In this document: positions 47,093 to 61,600 of the stretch, piece by piece | How the letters are laid out: the number at the start of each line of letters is the position of its first letter | Position numbering within the stretch: position 1 is the stretch's first letter | From: Eimeria praecox | Taxonomy: Eukaryota | Direction of reading: 5' to 3' | Length of the DNA: 64,000 nucleotides | Assembly: GCA_963920595.1 (NCBI GenBank) | Contig: OY986950.1 | Coordinates: forward strand, 248,001 to 312,000 | Program-made: the position numbers and the translations under genes | The notes under the pieces: model-generated | Databases searched by the model: none | Seen by the model: the letters and a program-made list of their open reading frames with translations, nothing else | What the model was told of the DNA's origin: nothing

Positions 47093-48984
47093 TTGGAATA
47101 AGAGACGTCAAAGGCTATACATCGCCGAAACACAGGCGCCATATGCCCAAAATGCGTGCTTGCGTGCCTTCGTGCATTCCTATTCACATTTGTTTGCTCA
47201 TTTCTCAAGACGACAGAGTCGTCCTGGGTCTGCAGAGCTGCTTCATTTGTGCTTCCACGTGAACGCATAGTTTGGCTTCCAGAGATCTGGAGCCGATTGT
47301 TTACAGTCGAATATAACTCGCATTAGTGAAATTGCATTTGTGGTCTTTCTCCGTAGTGCTGAGCTTTTCGTTTCCACAGGCAAGTGCTGAATTTCCAGGA
47401 GAGTGTTTGCGCCGTCAAAAATGTAAAAGTGGCCGGTTTTGTTCAGCTAATGCAAGCCTGGGCCTGGCTGGGTGGTGCGGCCCACGGCCGCGTCAGAGCT
47501 GCTTTTACTAATGCTGTTTGCGTCAAGGCCATAGGCTTTTAGTCCCCCTCAGTTCTCGGCCAGCTGCTGCGAGATGACAGCTGCTGTGAGATATGAGACT
47601 TTATCTCCTGGGCTTCCCTCTGAGGATAGAAGTTGAATATGTGAGTCATGGGCGGCCTCAAAAGTAGCAAGAGCCAAATCAGAAGACACTTTGTGAAGAC
47701 GTTGCTTATATTGTAGCTTCCGAGTGCGTTTATGACTTGGGGGTTACGGGTTAGCGCTCCGGGCAGAAATCAGTGACTTCTTGCTCGCTAGTTCATTGGG
47801 CCTAAGGGCTGCATGCGGATAAATGAGCGCAGCGATTGAGTGAACATGCACTTGCCAGCAGCAACTTTAAAAACGAACCAGGCCAATAAGTATACCTTTC
47901 CCAGTAGTAGATATTAGATGCACAAAGACGATGCACTGTTTTGATTGGTCTCCTGTAACGGTTGTGAAACTGTTAGGGGCTCACTGGATAGAGCAGGGAA
48001 AGCAGTACAAACACGGGGTGACAGGGACGTGTTGCCCAAGGAGCTTGAAACCCTACTCAGATTAGGATAGGGGCTGAGTGGCTGGCACAATACTACAGCC
48101 TACAGGTAGAAAGAGTGGGGCGGAGAATAGCACCGTGTAAAAAGTGCGTACTGGGGCGAAGTTCTCGCCTGCCCAGTGTCACTTACCTAACAAACGGAAG
48201 ATGCCAGCTAATACCATATCCGTGTAGTTACGGTGAGACGGTTACTGACCGTGGTGTCCTATTAGACCTTTCTGTATGGTTACGAATTGAAATGGTGTGA
48301 GCGCTCACTACCAACAAATCCTCTTCCTGCAGCGGCAAGGTGAAACGCGACTGAGAAGTGGAAGGATTGAATTAATTCCCTAGAAATCATCTGCCCTCTG
48401 CGGAGTTACTGAATTTCCTTTCCCCTGAAAATTGCCCTCTTCTGCCTGAGTGTTCCGATGCCATTCATTGAATCCCTTACAAGGAAAGAGAGGTGCCTGG
48501 GCGTGTAGTGTCCAAGGTTGCCGCTTAAAGGAGTTGGGTTTGATGCTCCAGAAACGCGATCCGCCAACCACGTTTTACTAAGCCACACTGCCAAAGAACA
48601 TTTTTCCTATAAGTATTTAGCGAATATGAAGTAACAAGTACATCCCGTGCAAGTTAGCTTCCCAAAGGAAACCGGGCGCCCTGCCACAGCAAATGGCCTG
48701 TTCCTATTGAACTAAAGAACAGTGCACATTAAATATTTAGTATTAAATTAAGAATACATATGCACAGTTGGAAGTTTAAGGGTTAACAGCGTTTCAGTTT
48801 GGAAAAACATTGGTAGAACATCAGTCGATGATCGATGGACGGGTGGGCAGCTACCCGATGGTCCGGAGCAGTGGGGCTGGCTGAATGATTTGCAGACGAT
48901 CCAACGACGATTCCGTCATTATATCTCCTTTTTTTATTTTATAATCCAAACAAGGTTGAGCTTTACTACTGGGTTTGAGGCAAA

Positions 48985-49302
48985 ATGACGTCCTTTTGGC
49001 TGGTTTCCGTGGTATGCACGGGCCTTGCCACTGCCGCCCGAGCCGGGCCAGAGGCTACATTTTTGACTACTGGGGCCTTCGACACATACAACGAAACTAT
49101 CTTCCAGAACCAAGCCCCTTTAAATCATTCTAAAGGAGAGAGAGGGATTAGAACCACCATTTCGATGGTTGCTCTCGTAGCTGTTGTTTTAAGTGTCATG
49201 CTCTTCATCGTCAAGTGCTATAGAGCTATGCGACCTGGCAATGAAAGAGGTTTTGGCCTGATGGAGAGGCGAATGGCTGAGAAACTTGACGGAACTTGTT
49301 CC
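48985..49302 (+). CDS. Probable first exon of an Eimeria-type signal peptide + TM protein with RR(L/M)AE motif
   Basis: AAAATG start, hydrophobic N-terminus, TM (ISMVALVAVVLSVMLFIV), KC..ERRMAE..CS, then a gtagg donor; no downstream exon identified. Confidence 0.5.
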
Positions 49303-50089
49303 GTAGGTCCCCATCCATGAGTGGATAGACCCTATTTTATAGGACTACCAGCGGGTACAGGGGATGCTCGAATAGGTCCCCAAGCGAATTGATAATACGG
49401 CTCGAGCGGCTCTCCCTTTAGGCCGCTCCTGCCACGATTGTGCGACTGCATCATCACAATTCAAGTGCTGGGATCCTGTGGGAATAAGCCTTGTCAGAGC
49501 ACAATGGTGATCAGAACAGGGCCAATCGCTTCTCTTTCCAGATCACTTCGGGGTATGCCACCAAATATGGAAAGGACTTCACCGTCACCTCTGTATCTGG
49601 CAGTCTGTCATGTCAATATCTTGTTTAAGCCGAGGGCCCTGTGCCCAAATTCGTGAAACTGACAGAGCCACCTCAAATACAGAATGGTAACATAGGTGTA
49701 CACGCTTATGCTAGCCTCCCCCTTATGCTTCGGATGGGTGGAGAGAAGGGCAACAGCACACAACGAATGCTTACCGCAGTCCTGTGACTTTGCGTCTTTA
49801 CCTTTACCCGGCGAACTGCGTTTTGCCCGGGAAGACTAGGGGTCTCCTGCCCTGAATTTGGCACGGAAGCATCATTACACCGGTGCACCAGCTCCAGTGC
49901 CAGCAATGCTTTACTCCGCTAGATTCCGGCTGTGCTTGCCAGAGCAGCACCACCAGCGGGCGTTTGTATGCGTTTGCCAAACAAGGGCTTTGGAGTGATG
50001 TGTGGCGTTCGAGGCGTCTGTGTACCTACGCGCGTTTGTTCTAGCGTGGACGGTGGGTGAGTTTAGAACATCGTTAGGGGTTTTCGGAC

Positions 50090-51640
50090 GTGCGTGCTAT
50101 GAGCTGCTCTGCTGGCCAGTTGGCGCAGAGTCAGACGAAGCAGGGAGTGCGCATCACGTGGGCTTAGGTTGACAGATGTTTTTTGCGGGGATTTTGTGGT
50201 GTTTGTCCTGTGCAGTTTGGGTTGGGTAGTGTTTGTCGGAGAGGGCACGTGTCCTGTTAGGTAGTCTGCAAAGTATAGTAGTTGCTTGGGTATGGCTTTG
50301 AAGGGTCTGGAGAGTAGGTGTTATGCAGCGTGGGGTTAGGCTATGCGGCGTTGTGTGCAGTGGTCATTTTGCGTGGCTGGTGTGTGTATGTGCGTGTGTC
50401 TGTGTGTGCGCGTGCGTTTGTGGTGCTGGGAGTTTGGGAATATTGCGTGGCGTTATATGTGTGCCACTATGTTGGAGCGTGGAGGTTTGGCTGGTTGAGG
50501 AGATGCTTAGGGGTTTTTGGGCGTGGTGGATGGTGAGCGGGTTTGTACTGTATTTGATATGGAGGCAGACGGAGCAGGGAGTGCGGAGCACTTGGGTATT
50601 AGGCTGACATGTGTATGTTGTGGTGATTTTGTGGTGATGCTGTGTGGGTAGCATATTGTGCGCGGCAGAGGGAATCGAGCCTATTTGGCTAGTGTGGCAG
50701 ATAGAGGAGTTGCTTGGGTATGGCTTCGAAGGGTCTGGAGAGTAGGTGTTATGCAGCGTGGGGTTAGGATATGGAGCGTTGTCTGCAGTGGGCATTTTGC
50801 GTGGCTGGGTGCATGCATGTGCGTGTGTCTGTGTGTCTGGGCGTGTGTTTGTGGTGCTGGGAGTTTGGGAAGATTGCTTGACGCTAGGTGCGCGCCTATG
50901 TTGGAGCGTGGATGTTTGGCTGGTTAAGGTGATGCTTAAGGGTTTTGGGGCGTGGTGGATGGTGAGCCGGTGTGTACTGTATTTGATATGGGGGCAGACG
51001 GAGCAGGGAGTGCGGAACACTTGGGTATTAGGCTGACATGTTTATGTTGTGGTGATTTTGTGGTGATACTGTGTGGGTAGCATATTGTGCGTGGTAGAGG
51101 GAATCGAGCCTATTTGGCTAGTGTGGCAGGTAGGGGAGTTGCTTGGGTATGGCTTTGAAGGGTCTGGAGAGTAGGTGTTATGCAGCGTGGGGTTAGGCTA
51201 TGCGTCGTTTTGTGCAGTGGTCATTTTGCGTGGCTGGGTGTGTGTATGTGCGTGTGTCTGTGTGTGTGCGTGCGTTTGTGGTGCTGGGAGTTTGGGAATA
51301 TTGCGTGGCTTTATATGTGTGCTAGTGTTGGAGCGTGGAGGTTTGGCTGGTTAAGGCGATGTTTAAGGGTTTTGGGGCGTTTTGGATGGTGAGCGGGTGT
51401 GTACTGTATTTGATGTGGAGGCAGACGGAGCAGGGAGTGCGGAGCACTTGGGTATTAGGCTGACATGTGTATGTTGTGGTGATTTTGTGGTGATTCTGTG
51501 TGGGTAGCATATTGTGTGTGGTAGAGGGCGCGTGCCTAGCTGGCTAGTGTGGCAGATAGAGGAGTTACTTGGGTATGGTTTTGAAGGGTCTGGAGAGTAG
51601 GTGTTATGCAGCGTGGGGTTAGGATATGCGGTGTTGTATG
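50090..51640. repeat. ~430-bp GT-rich satellite, diverged block (~3.5 copies)
   Basis: Anchor ggcagacggagcagggagtgcgg recurs at ~50564, ~50993, ~51420; degenerate at ~50130. Confidence 0.92.
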
Positions 51641-52995
51641 CGGGGGCTGGTGTGTGTTTGTGAGGCGAAGGCGTGGAAGTGAGGATAGAGGCTTGGCTGG
51701 CGTGGCGTTTAACTGGGGACTGTGTAGGCTATAATCCACGCGGTTCTGCGTCATGGGGAGGATAGAATCCGGTTGGGAGGCTGTGACCTAAAGGGATCGT
51801 CTGGTGGGTGTGTATACGATAGGGACACGACTGGTGGGATAACCTAAGAACGGTTAAGTGGAGTTGCGCTGCTCGCTGCAAGCCAGAGCAGAGCTCTTGT
51901 AAACAGTGCCTTGAGCGGATGGGTATGAAGTGTTGGGTTGAACGCCGGCGATGCAGGAGATGCCTGCTTCGCTAGTGACTGGATAAAACTGGCTGCTCGT
52001 GAAATTCACTTCCGATATAAAACGGGGACAAGTGACTGTAGTGTCAATGAATATTCTCGGACAAAACGGCAATGAAAAGAACCTGGAAACTTCAATAATC
52101 TGAAGACTGCGCTAGTTTGCATGCACTGAGAGATTTCATGTATCTAGCCAGTAGTCACATCGAAATGGAAGACGGGCAGGCGTTCGAAAAGATATACTGC
52201 TGGGTCATTGGCGGTGCACAGCGAGACGCGTTGTGATTATATGAACTGAAGTTGCGTGCTGGAGTTCAGGCAAAGCCAGTGCGTCATCGGTAATGCTGCC
52301 ATGCCTTCCGATTGCACCCTTGTGCAAGTTGCACCCAACTTGCACATGGGTGTTGAAGCGAATTTGCCACCACCTCTTATACAGTCTGGCCACGCATCAG
52401 AATCAGGCTGGATGCATTTGCGTCCATTGATGGAGCACAGAGTGGCCTGGAGGGGGGCGCCGTAGGCTGCTAAGGATTTAGGGCAACCTAACAAGTGCGA
52501 GCAGGTAGTTTTGGATCCGTTGAGTGGCGAATAGTGAGGCTGCCTTATAATTAGCAGGCTACTCTTTCGTGGCTTGCTTGCCTGCGCCTTTGAGCGTTCT
52601 CTGCTGCCCAGAGGCACCGACTCCTCTCCCGGGCGATACTGTTGTCGAGCCAACCGTGTCCGCCATGATAGAACTCCTTTTAGAACGCACTTGCAGGGCG
52701 CCATCCAGATGCTTCGTGGGGCTGGGAGGCATGGGGAAGTGTATGATGGTAGGTGTGCTAGTATCTGTGCACCGACATTTCTGGGGCGTTTACCAACTAA
52801 GCCCTGGACAGTTTACTGGCCGTTGCCTCGCGTACCCAGGAGGTTTTAGGAGCAATGATAGATGCATGGTTAGCCTACCATATGCTTGTAGGGCAGGACA
52901 CCCAAGACCAAGGGCACGTGCATCCAGTATCCTCCTGTGGCCTGGTGTAGGCTAGTATGATGCCCCTTGTTAGCATTCCTAGTTGACTGGTTGTG

Positions 52996-55900
52996 CGCTG
53001 CTGGCAATGTGACGGCTGCCAAAGCGTCGTTGCTGGCCTCTGTGTGTGCTGTTGGTTTGTACATGCAAGTGGGCGTTGTGAGCGTGCAGATAGCTGCTTG
53101 TGCGTATTGGGGTGCATTTCGCCACAGGCGCGAGCAGGGGTGTTTGATGCTGCGTCTGTAGCGACGTTTAGTACCGCGTCAGTGATTTGGTTTGGGCCGT
53201 TGTGCGGGATGAAAAAAAAGGTACAGTGGACGTTTGGGCAGGTGCATTTGCATGCATTTAGGAGATAGAGCTTTGGTGACCTGGGATGGAGCAGAAAGTG
53301 CGTGGGCGTTTAGGAGGTCGTAGAGGTCCACCGCATTTACGGAAGCGTTTTTCTGTTTTGGAACCAGGTACCTATTGTTAGTGCGCTGGAGGCCTGCGAA
53401 ATCAATTACATGCGTTAGCCACTGGCTTTTGTGACACTTGTTGTTCCTGAGTGAGTGGCTTCTGCGGAGGGGAAATTTGTACTGCCTATTACTGAACAGG
53501 CCTTGAGGCGTCACGTTGTGGCGATGTATGGCCCCTGCGCGGGGAACCAGTGGCAGGTACAGAGGCGTTAGGGTTTTTTAATTAGAGGGCGTCGAAGGAG
53601 CAGGGAGAGAACTGGATTCTATAGGAGTGCGCAGATGGGGTGGGTGTTGGTTGCACAGAAGTTGCTAGGGGCTGGCTATGCTTAGGGTTGGGCGGGATGT
53701 GTGCAGTTTGGAGGTCGGATGGCTTCTTGCCTTGTTGTTTGATGGTGGGGTGCAACGCCAGTGTGTGGTTTGTTGTGTCTGGCAGCACTACGAAGGCATG
53801 CATTGCAAGCACCGTCCTGTGCATGCTAGAGGAGGTGATAAGGCGTATGGTGTTTTTGGGCATGCCAACGTAAGACGTGTGGTGTTTTCGGGCATGCCAA
53901 CGTATTACAATGTTGAGATATTTTGGGGGTTTGGAGAACTGAACACTTTCCTTGACGCACGCTGCCAGCACGCTTGAGCACGTGTGTGTTTGGCAGTGCA
54001 GATGGTCTGGTGGTCTTGCAGCTGCTCTTTATTTGGTGGGCTTGCATTTGCTGCTTTTTGGCATACTGTGGGGTTTTCCGGTGTGATGGCACGGATTGAG
54101 GTTGGACGAGGTTTGCATGCGGGAGCATCCGTGGGCAACGCATTCGTGTTGGCGCGGCGTAGAGCACAGAAGAAGGGAGTGCGTTCGGCGTTGTTCCATT
54201 TCTGCACAGTCGGCTGTGTTTCGGAACGTACCAGCGCAGGCAGTGTTTGTAAGGCTCTCACCGTCGTGTAGGCGGCGGCAATCGTTTTCAACGAGAAGCT
54301 TGCGCGCATTGACATTACCAGTGAGGGTGTGTGCTTATGTGCGCGAGGGCTACTAGCTTGTGGCGCGAGCATGGCTACTGGCCACTGCAGGTTTGGACTT
54401 GACTGTGAGGGAGTATGCGTGTTGGAGGGTCTTTGAATGAGTGCGCATATGCAGGGGAAGCGTTGCATGGGGTGAAAAGCTGGGTGGCAGGCAACTGGGG
54501 GAGCGCTAGTAGGGTGCAAGGGGGTGATTTAGCTCTAGCCAGCGCCTTGCTATCTGGCCGTTTTGGGTGCGACGTTTGTTAGTAAACGTTATGGGTTTGT
54601 GCAGGTGTGTGCAGGTGTTTGTGTGTAGGGATTAGGGGTGTTCGAACAAGACGTGGCTGTAGGTACTGCGTTGGCATAGCGTGGTGCTGACCATGATTGC
54701 GTGTTCGTGGTTTATCATTTGTGTGTTGATGGCAATTTGAAGGCTGCCAAAGCGTCGTTGCTGGCCTCTGTGTGCGCTGTTGGTTTGCACATGCAAATGT
54801 GCGTTGTGAAAATGCAGATAGTTGCACGTGCGTATTGGGGGGCATTTCGCCACAGGCTCGGGCAGGGGTGTCTGATGCTGCGTCGGTAGCGAAGTTTAGT
54901 ACCGCGTCAGTGATTTGGTTTGGGGCGTTGTGCGGGATGAAAAAAAAGGTACAGTGGACGTTTGGGCAGGTGCATTTGCTTGCATTTAGGAGATAGTGCT
55001 TTGGTGACCTGGGATGGAACAGAAAGTGCGTGGGCGTTTAGGAGGTCGTAGGGGTCCACCGCATTTACGGAAGCGTTTTTCTGCTTTGGAGCCAGGTATC
55101 TATTGTTAGTGCGCTGGAGGCCTGCGAAATCAATTACCTGCGTTAGCCACTGGCTTTTGTGACACTTGTTGTTCCTGAGTGAGTGGCTTCTGCGGAGGGG
55201 AAATTTGTACTGCCTATTACTGAACAGGCCTTGAGGCGTCACGTTGTGGCGATGTATGGCCCCTGCGCGGGGAACCAGTGGCAGGTACAGAGGCGTTAGG
55301 GTTTTTTAATTAGAGGGCGTCGAAGGAGCAGGGAGAGAACTGGATTCTATAGGAGTGCGCAGATGGGGTGGGTGTTGGTTGCACAGAAGTTGCTAGGGGC
55401 TGGCTATGCTTAGGGTTGGGCGGGATGTGTGCAGTTTGGAGGTCGGATGGCTTCTTGCCTTGTTGTTTGATGGTGGAGTGCAACGCCAGTGTGTGGTTTG
55501 TTGTGTCTGGCAGCACTACGAAGGCATGCATTGCAAGCACCGTCCTGTGCATGCTAGAGGAGGTGATAAGGCGTATGGTGTTTTTGGGCATGCCAACGTA
55601 AGACGTATGGTGTTTTCGGGCATGCCAACGTATTACAATGTTGAGATATTTTGGGGGTTTGGAGAACTGAACACTTTCCTTGACGCACGCTGCCAGCACG
55701 CTTGAGCACGTGTGTGTTTGGCAGTGCAGATGGTCTGGTGGTCTTGCAGCTGCTCTTTATTTGGTGGGCTTGCATTTGCTGCTTTTTGGCATATTGTGGG
55801 GGTTTCCGGTGTGATGGCACGGATTGAGGTTGGACGAGGTTTGCATGCGGGAGCATCCGTGGGCAACGCATTCGTGTTGGCGCGGCGTAGAGCACAGAAG

Positions 55901-58675
55901 CAGCGAGTGCGTTCGGCGTTGTTCCATTTCTGCACAGTCGGCTGTGTTTCGGAACGTACCATCTCAGGCAGTGTTTGTAAGGCTCTCACCGTCGTGTAGG
56001 CGGCGGCAATCGTTTTCAACGAGTAGCCTGCGCGCATTGACATTACCAGTGAGGGTGTGTGCTTATGTGCGCGAGGGCTACTAGCTTGTGGCGCGAGCAT
56101 GGCTACTGGCCACTGCAGGTTTGGACTTGACTGTGAGGGAGTATGCGTGTTGGAGGGTCTTTGAATGAGTGCGCATATGCAGGGGAAGCGTTGCATGGGG
56201 TGAAAAGCTGGGTGGCAGGCAACTGGGGGAGCGCTAGTAGGGTGCAAGGGGGTGATTTAGCTCTAGCCAGCGCCTTGCTATCTGGCCGTTTTGGGTGCGA
56301 CGTTTGTTAGTAAACGTTATGGGTTTGTGCAGGTGTGTGCAGGTGTTTGTGTGTAGGGATTAGGGGTGTTCGAACAAGACGTGGCTGTAGGTACTGCGTT
56401 GGCATAGCGTGGTGCTGACCATGATTGCGTGTTCGTGGTTCATCAGTTGTGTGTTGATGGCAATTTGAAGGCTGCCAAAGCGTCGTTGCTGGCCTCTGTG
56501 TGTGCTGTTGGTTTGTACATGCAGGTGGGCGTTGTGAAAATGCAGATAGTTGCACGTGCGTATTGGGGGGCATTTCGCCACAGGCTCGGGCAGGGGTGTC
56601 TGATGCTGCGTCGGTAGCGAAGTTTAGTACCGCGTCAGTGATTTGGTTTGGGCCGTTGTGCGGGATGAAAAAAAAGGTACAGTGGACGTTTGGGCAGGTG
56701 CATTTGCTTGCATTTAGGTGATAGTGCTTTGGTGACCTGGGATGGAACAGAAAGTGCGTGGGCGTTTAGGAGGTCGTAGGGGTCCACCGCATTTACGGAA
56801 GCGTTTTTCTGCTTTGGAGCCAGGTATCTATTGTTAGTGCGCTGGAGGCCTGCGAAATCAATTACCTGCGTTAGCCACTGGCTTTTGTGACACTTGTTGT
56901 TCCTGAGTGAGTGGCGTCTGCGGAGGGGAAATTTGTACTGCCTATTACTGAACAGGCCTTGAGGCGTCACGTTGTGGCGATGTATGGCCCCTGCGCGGGG
57001 AACCAGTGGCAGGTACAGAGGCGTTAGGGTTTTTTAATTAGAGGGCGTCGAAGGAGCAGGGAGAGAACTGGATTCTATAGGAGTGCGCAGATGGGGTGGG
57101 TGTTGGTTGCACAGAAGTTGCTAGGGGCTGGCTATGCTTAGGGTTGGGCGGGATGTGTGCAGTTTGGAGGTCGGATGGCTTCTTGCCTTGTTGTTTGATG
57201 GTGGAGTGCAACGCCAGTGTGTGGTTTGTTGTGTCTGGCAGCACTACGAAGGCATGCATTGCAAGCACCGTCCTGTGCATGCTAGAGGAGGTGATAAGGC
57301 GTATGGTGTTTTTGGGCATGCCAACGTAAGACGTGTGGTGTTTTCGGGCATGCCAACGTATTACAATGTTGAGATATTTTGGGGGTTTGGAGAACTGAAC
57401 ACTTTCCTTGACGCACGCTGCCAGCACGCTTGAGCACGTGTGTGTTTGGCAGTGCAAATGGTCTGGTGGTCTTGCAGCTGCTCTTTATTTGGTGGGCTTG
57501 CATTTGCTGCTTTTTGGCATATTGTGGGGGTTTCCGGTGTGATGGCACGGATTGAGGTTGGACGAGGTTTGCATGCGGGAGCATCCGTGGGCAACGCATT
57601 CGTGTTGGCGCGGCGTAGAGCACAGAAGAAGGGAGTGCGTTCGGCGTTGTTCCATTTCTGCACAGTCGGCTGTGTGTCGGGAAGTACCATCTCAGGCAGT
57701 GTTTGTAAGGCTCTCACCGTCGTGTAGGCGGCGGCAATCGTTTTCAACGAGTAGCTTGCGCGCATTGACATTACCAGTGAGGGTGTGTGCTTATGTGCGC
57801 GAGGGCTACTAGCTTGTGGCGCGAGCATGGCTACTGGCCACTGCAGGTTTGGACTTGACTGTGAGGGCGTATGCGTGTTGGAGGGTCTTTGAATGAGTGC
57901 GCATATGCAGGGGAAGCGTTGCATGGGGTGAAAAGCTGGGTGGCAGGCAACTGGGGGAGCGCTAGTAGGGTGCATGGGGGTGATTTAGCTCTAGCCAGCG
58001 CCTTGCTATCTGGCCGTTTTGGGTGCGACGTTTGTTAGTAAACGTTATGGGTTTGTGCAGGTGTGTGCAGGTGTTTGTGTGTAGGGATTAGGGGTGTTCG
58101 AACCAGACGTGGCTGTAGGTACTGCGTTGGCATAGCGTGGTGCTGACCATGATTGCGTGTTCGTGGTTTATCATTTGTGTGTTGATGGCAATTTGAAGGC
58201 TGCCAAAGCGTCGTTGCTGGCCTCTGTGTGTGCTGTTGGTTTGTACATGCAAGTGGGCGTTGTGAGCGTGCAGATAGCTGCACGTGCGTATTGGGGTGCA
58301 TTGCGCCACAGGCGCGAGCAGGGGTGTTTGATGCTGCGTCTGTAGCGACGTTTAGTACCGCGTCAGTGATTTGGTTTGGGGCGTTGTGTGCGACGAAGGG
58401 AAGGGTACAGTGGACGTTTGGGCAGGTGCATTTGCTTGCATTTAGGAGATAGTGCTTTGGTGACCTGGGATGGAGCAGAAAGTGCGTGGGCGTTTAGGAG
58501 GTCGTAGAGGTCCACCGCATTTACGGAAGCGTTTTTCTGTTTTGGAACCAGGTACCTATTGTTTGTGCGCTGGAGGCCTGCGAAATCAATTACATGCGTT
58601 AGCCACTGGCTTTTGTGACACGTGTTGCTCCTGGGTGAGTCGCTTCTGCGCAGCGGAAATTTGTAGTGCCTTTTA
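52996..58675. repeat. 1728-bp tandem repeat, ~3.3 copies
   Basis: Equivalent positions at 53179/54907/56635/58363 (exact 1728 spacing), near-identical sequence. Confidence 0.96.
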
Positions 58676-61600
58676 TGTGAGTGTGTCTGTGTGTGTGTGT
58701 GGGTGTGTTTGTGGTGTTGGGAGTTTGGAAACGTTGCGTGGGGTCGTATGTCTGCCTGTGCTGGAGCGTGGAGGTTTGGCTGGTTGAGGGGATGATTAGG
58801 GGTTTTGGGCGTGGTGGATGGTGAGCGGGTGTGTACTGTATTTGATATGGAGGCAGACGGAGCAGGGAGTGCGGAGCACTTGGGTATTTTAGGTTGACAT
58901 GTGTATGTTGTGGTGATTTTGTGGTGATGCTGTGTGGGTAGCATATTGTGCGTGGTAGAGGGCGCGTGCCTAGCTGGCTAGTGTGGCAGGTAGAGGAGTT
59001 GCTTGGGTATGGCTTTGAAGGGTCTGGAGAGTAGGTGTTATGCAGCGTGGGGTTATGATATGGGGCGTTGAGTGTAGTGGGCATTTTGCGTGGCTGGGTG
59101 TGTGTATGTGCGTGTGTCTGTGTGTGTGCGTGTGTTTGTGGTGTTGGGAGTTTGGAAATATTGCGTGACGCTTGGTGTGCGCCTATGTTGGAGCGTGGAT
59201 GTTTGGCTGGTTGAGGGGATGTTTAGGGGTTTTGGGGGGCGTTTTGGATGGTGAGCGGGTGTGTACTGTATTTGATATGGAGGCAGACGGAGCAGGGAGT
59301 GCGGAGCACTTGGGTATTTTAGGTTGACATGTGTATGTTGTGGTGATTTTGTGGTGATGCTGTGTGGGTAGCATATTGTGCGTGGTAGAGGGAGCGAGCC
59401 TATTTGGCTAGTGTGGCAGGTAGAGGAGTTGCTTGGGTATGGCTTTGAAGGGTCTGGAGAGTAGGTGTTATGCAGCGTGGGGTTATGATATGGGGCGTTG
59501 AGTGTAGTGGGCATTTTGCGTGGCTGGGTGTGTGTATGTGCGTGTGTCTGTGTGTGTGCGTGTGTTTGTGGTGTTGGGAGTTTGGAAATATTGCGTGACG
59601 CTTGGTGTGCGCCTATGTTGGAGCGTGGATGTTTGGCTGGTTGAGGGGATGTTTAGGGGTTTTGGGGGGCGTTTTGGATGGTGAGCGGGTGTGTACTGTA
59701 TTTGATATGGAGGCAGACGGAGCAGGGAGTGCGGAGCACTTGGGTATTTTAGGTTGACATGTGTATGTTGTGGTGATTTTGTGGTGATGCTGTGTGGGTA
59801 GCATATTGTGCGTGGTAGAGGGAGCGAGCCTATTTGGCTAGTGTGGCAGGTAGAGGAGTTGCTTGGGTATGGCTTTGAAGGGTCTGGAGAGTAGGTGTTA
59901 TGCAGCGTGGGGTTATGATATGGGGCGTTGAGTGTAGTGGGCATTTTGCGTGGCTGGGTGTGTGTATGTGCGTGTGTCTGTGTGTGTGCGTGTGTTTGTG
60001 GTGTTGGGAGTTTGGAAATATTGCGTGACGCTTGGTGTGCGCCTATGTTGGAGCGTGGATGTTTGGCTGGTTGAGGGGATGTTTAGGGGTTTTGGGGGGC
60101 GTTTTGGATGGTGAGCGGGTGTGTACTGTATTTGATATGGAGGCAGACGGAGCAGGGAGTGCGGAGCACTTGGGTATTAGGTTGACATGTGTATGTTGTG
60201 GTGATTTTGTGGTGATGCTGTGTGGGTAGCATATTGTGCGTGGTAGAGGGCGCGTGCCTAGCTGGCTAGTGTGGCAGGTAGAGGAGTTGCTTGGGTATGG
60301 CTTTGAAGGGTCTGGAGAGTAGGTGTTATGCAGCGTGGGGTTATGATATGGGGCGGAGTGTGCAGTGGGCATTTTGCGGGGCTGGGTGTGTGTATGTGCG
60401 TGTGTCTGTGTGTGTGCGTGTGTTTGTGGTGTTGGGAGTTTGGAAATATTGCGTGACGCTTGGTGTGCGCCTATGTTGGAGCGTGGATGTTTGGCTGGTT
60501 GAGGGGATGTTTAGGGGTTTTGGGGGGCGTTTTGGATGGTGAGCGGGTGTGTACTGTATTTGATATGGAGGCAGACGGAGCAGGGAGTGCGGAGCACTTG
60601 GGTATTTTAGGTTGACATGTGTATGTTGTGGTGATTTTGTGGTGATGCTGTGTGGGTAGCATATTGTGCGTGGTAGAGGGAGCGAGCCTATTTGGCTAGT
60701 GTGGCAGGTAGAGGAGTTGCTTGGGTATGGCTTTGAAGGGTCTGGAGAGTAGGTGTTATGCAGCGTGGGGTTATGATATGGGGCGTTGAGTGTAGTGGGC
60801 ATTTTGCGTGGCTGGGTGTGTGTATGTGCGTGTGTCTGTGTGTGTGCGTGTGTTTGTGGTGTTGGGAGTTTGGAAATATTGCGTGACGCTTGGTGTGCGC
60901 CTATGTTGGAGCGTGGATGTTTGGCTGGTTAAGGGGATGTTTAGGGGTTTTGGGGGGCGTTTTGGATGGTGAGCGGGTGTGTACTGTATTTGATATGGAG
61001 GCAGACGGAGCAGGGAGTGCGGAGCACTTGGGTATTAGGTTGACATGTGTATGTTGTGGTGATTTTGTGATGATGCTGTGTGGGTAGCATATTGTGCGTG
61101 GTAGAGTGCGCGTGCCTAGCTGGCTAGTGTGGCAGGTAGAGGAGTTGCTTGGGTATGGCTTTGAAGGGTCTGGAGAGTAGGTGTTATGCAGCGTGGGGTT
61201 ATGATATGGGGCGGAGTGTGCAGTGGGCATTTTGCGGGGCTGGGTGTGTGTATGTGCGTGTGTCTGTGTGTGTGCGTGTGTTTGTGGTGTTGGGAGTTTG
61301 GAAATATTGCGTGACGCTTGGTGTGCGCCTATGTTGGAGCGTGGATGTTTGGCTGGTTGAGGGGATGTTTAGGGGTTTTGGGGGGCGTTTTGGATGGTGA
61401 GCGGGTGTGTACTGTATTTGATATGGAGGCAGACGGAGCAGGGAGTGCAAAGCACTTGGGTATTAGTTTGACATGTGTATGTTGTGGTGATTTTGTGGTG
61501 ATGCTGTGTGGGTAGCATATTGTGCGTGGTAGAGGGAGCGAGCCTATTTGGCTAGTGTGGCAGGTAGAGGAGTTGCTTGGGTATGGCTTTGAAGGGTCTG

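Noticed and set aside
52996..58675. 1728 = 4 x 432, i.e. a tetramer of the 430-bp monomer
   Set aside because: Monomer-like anchors (~53600, 54172, 54862) do not recur at 432 spacing; unsupported without alignment.
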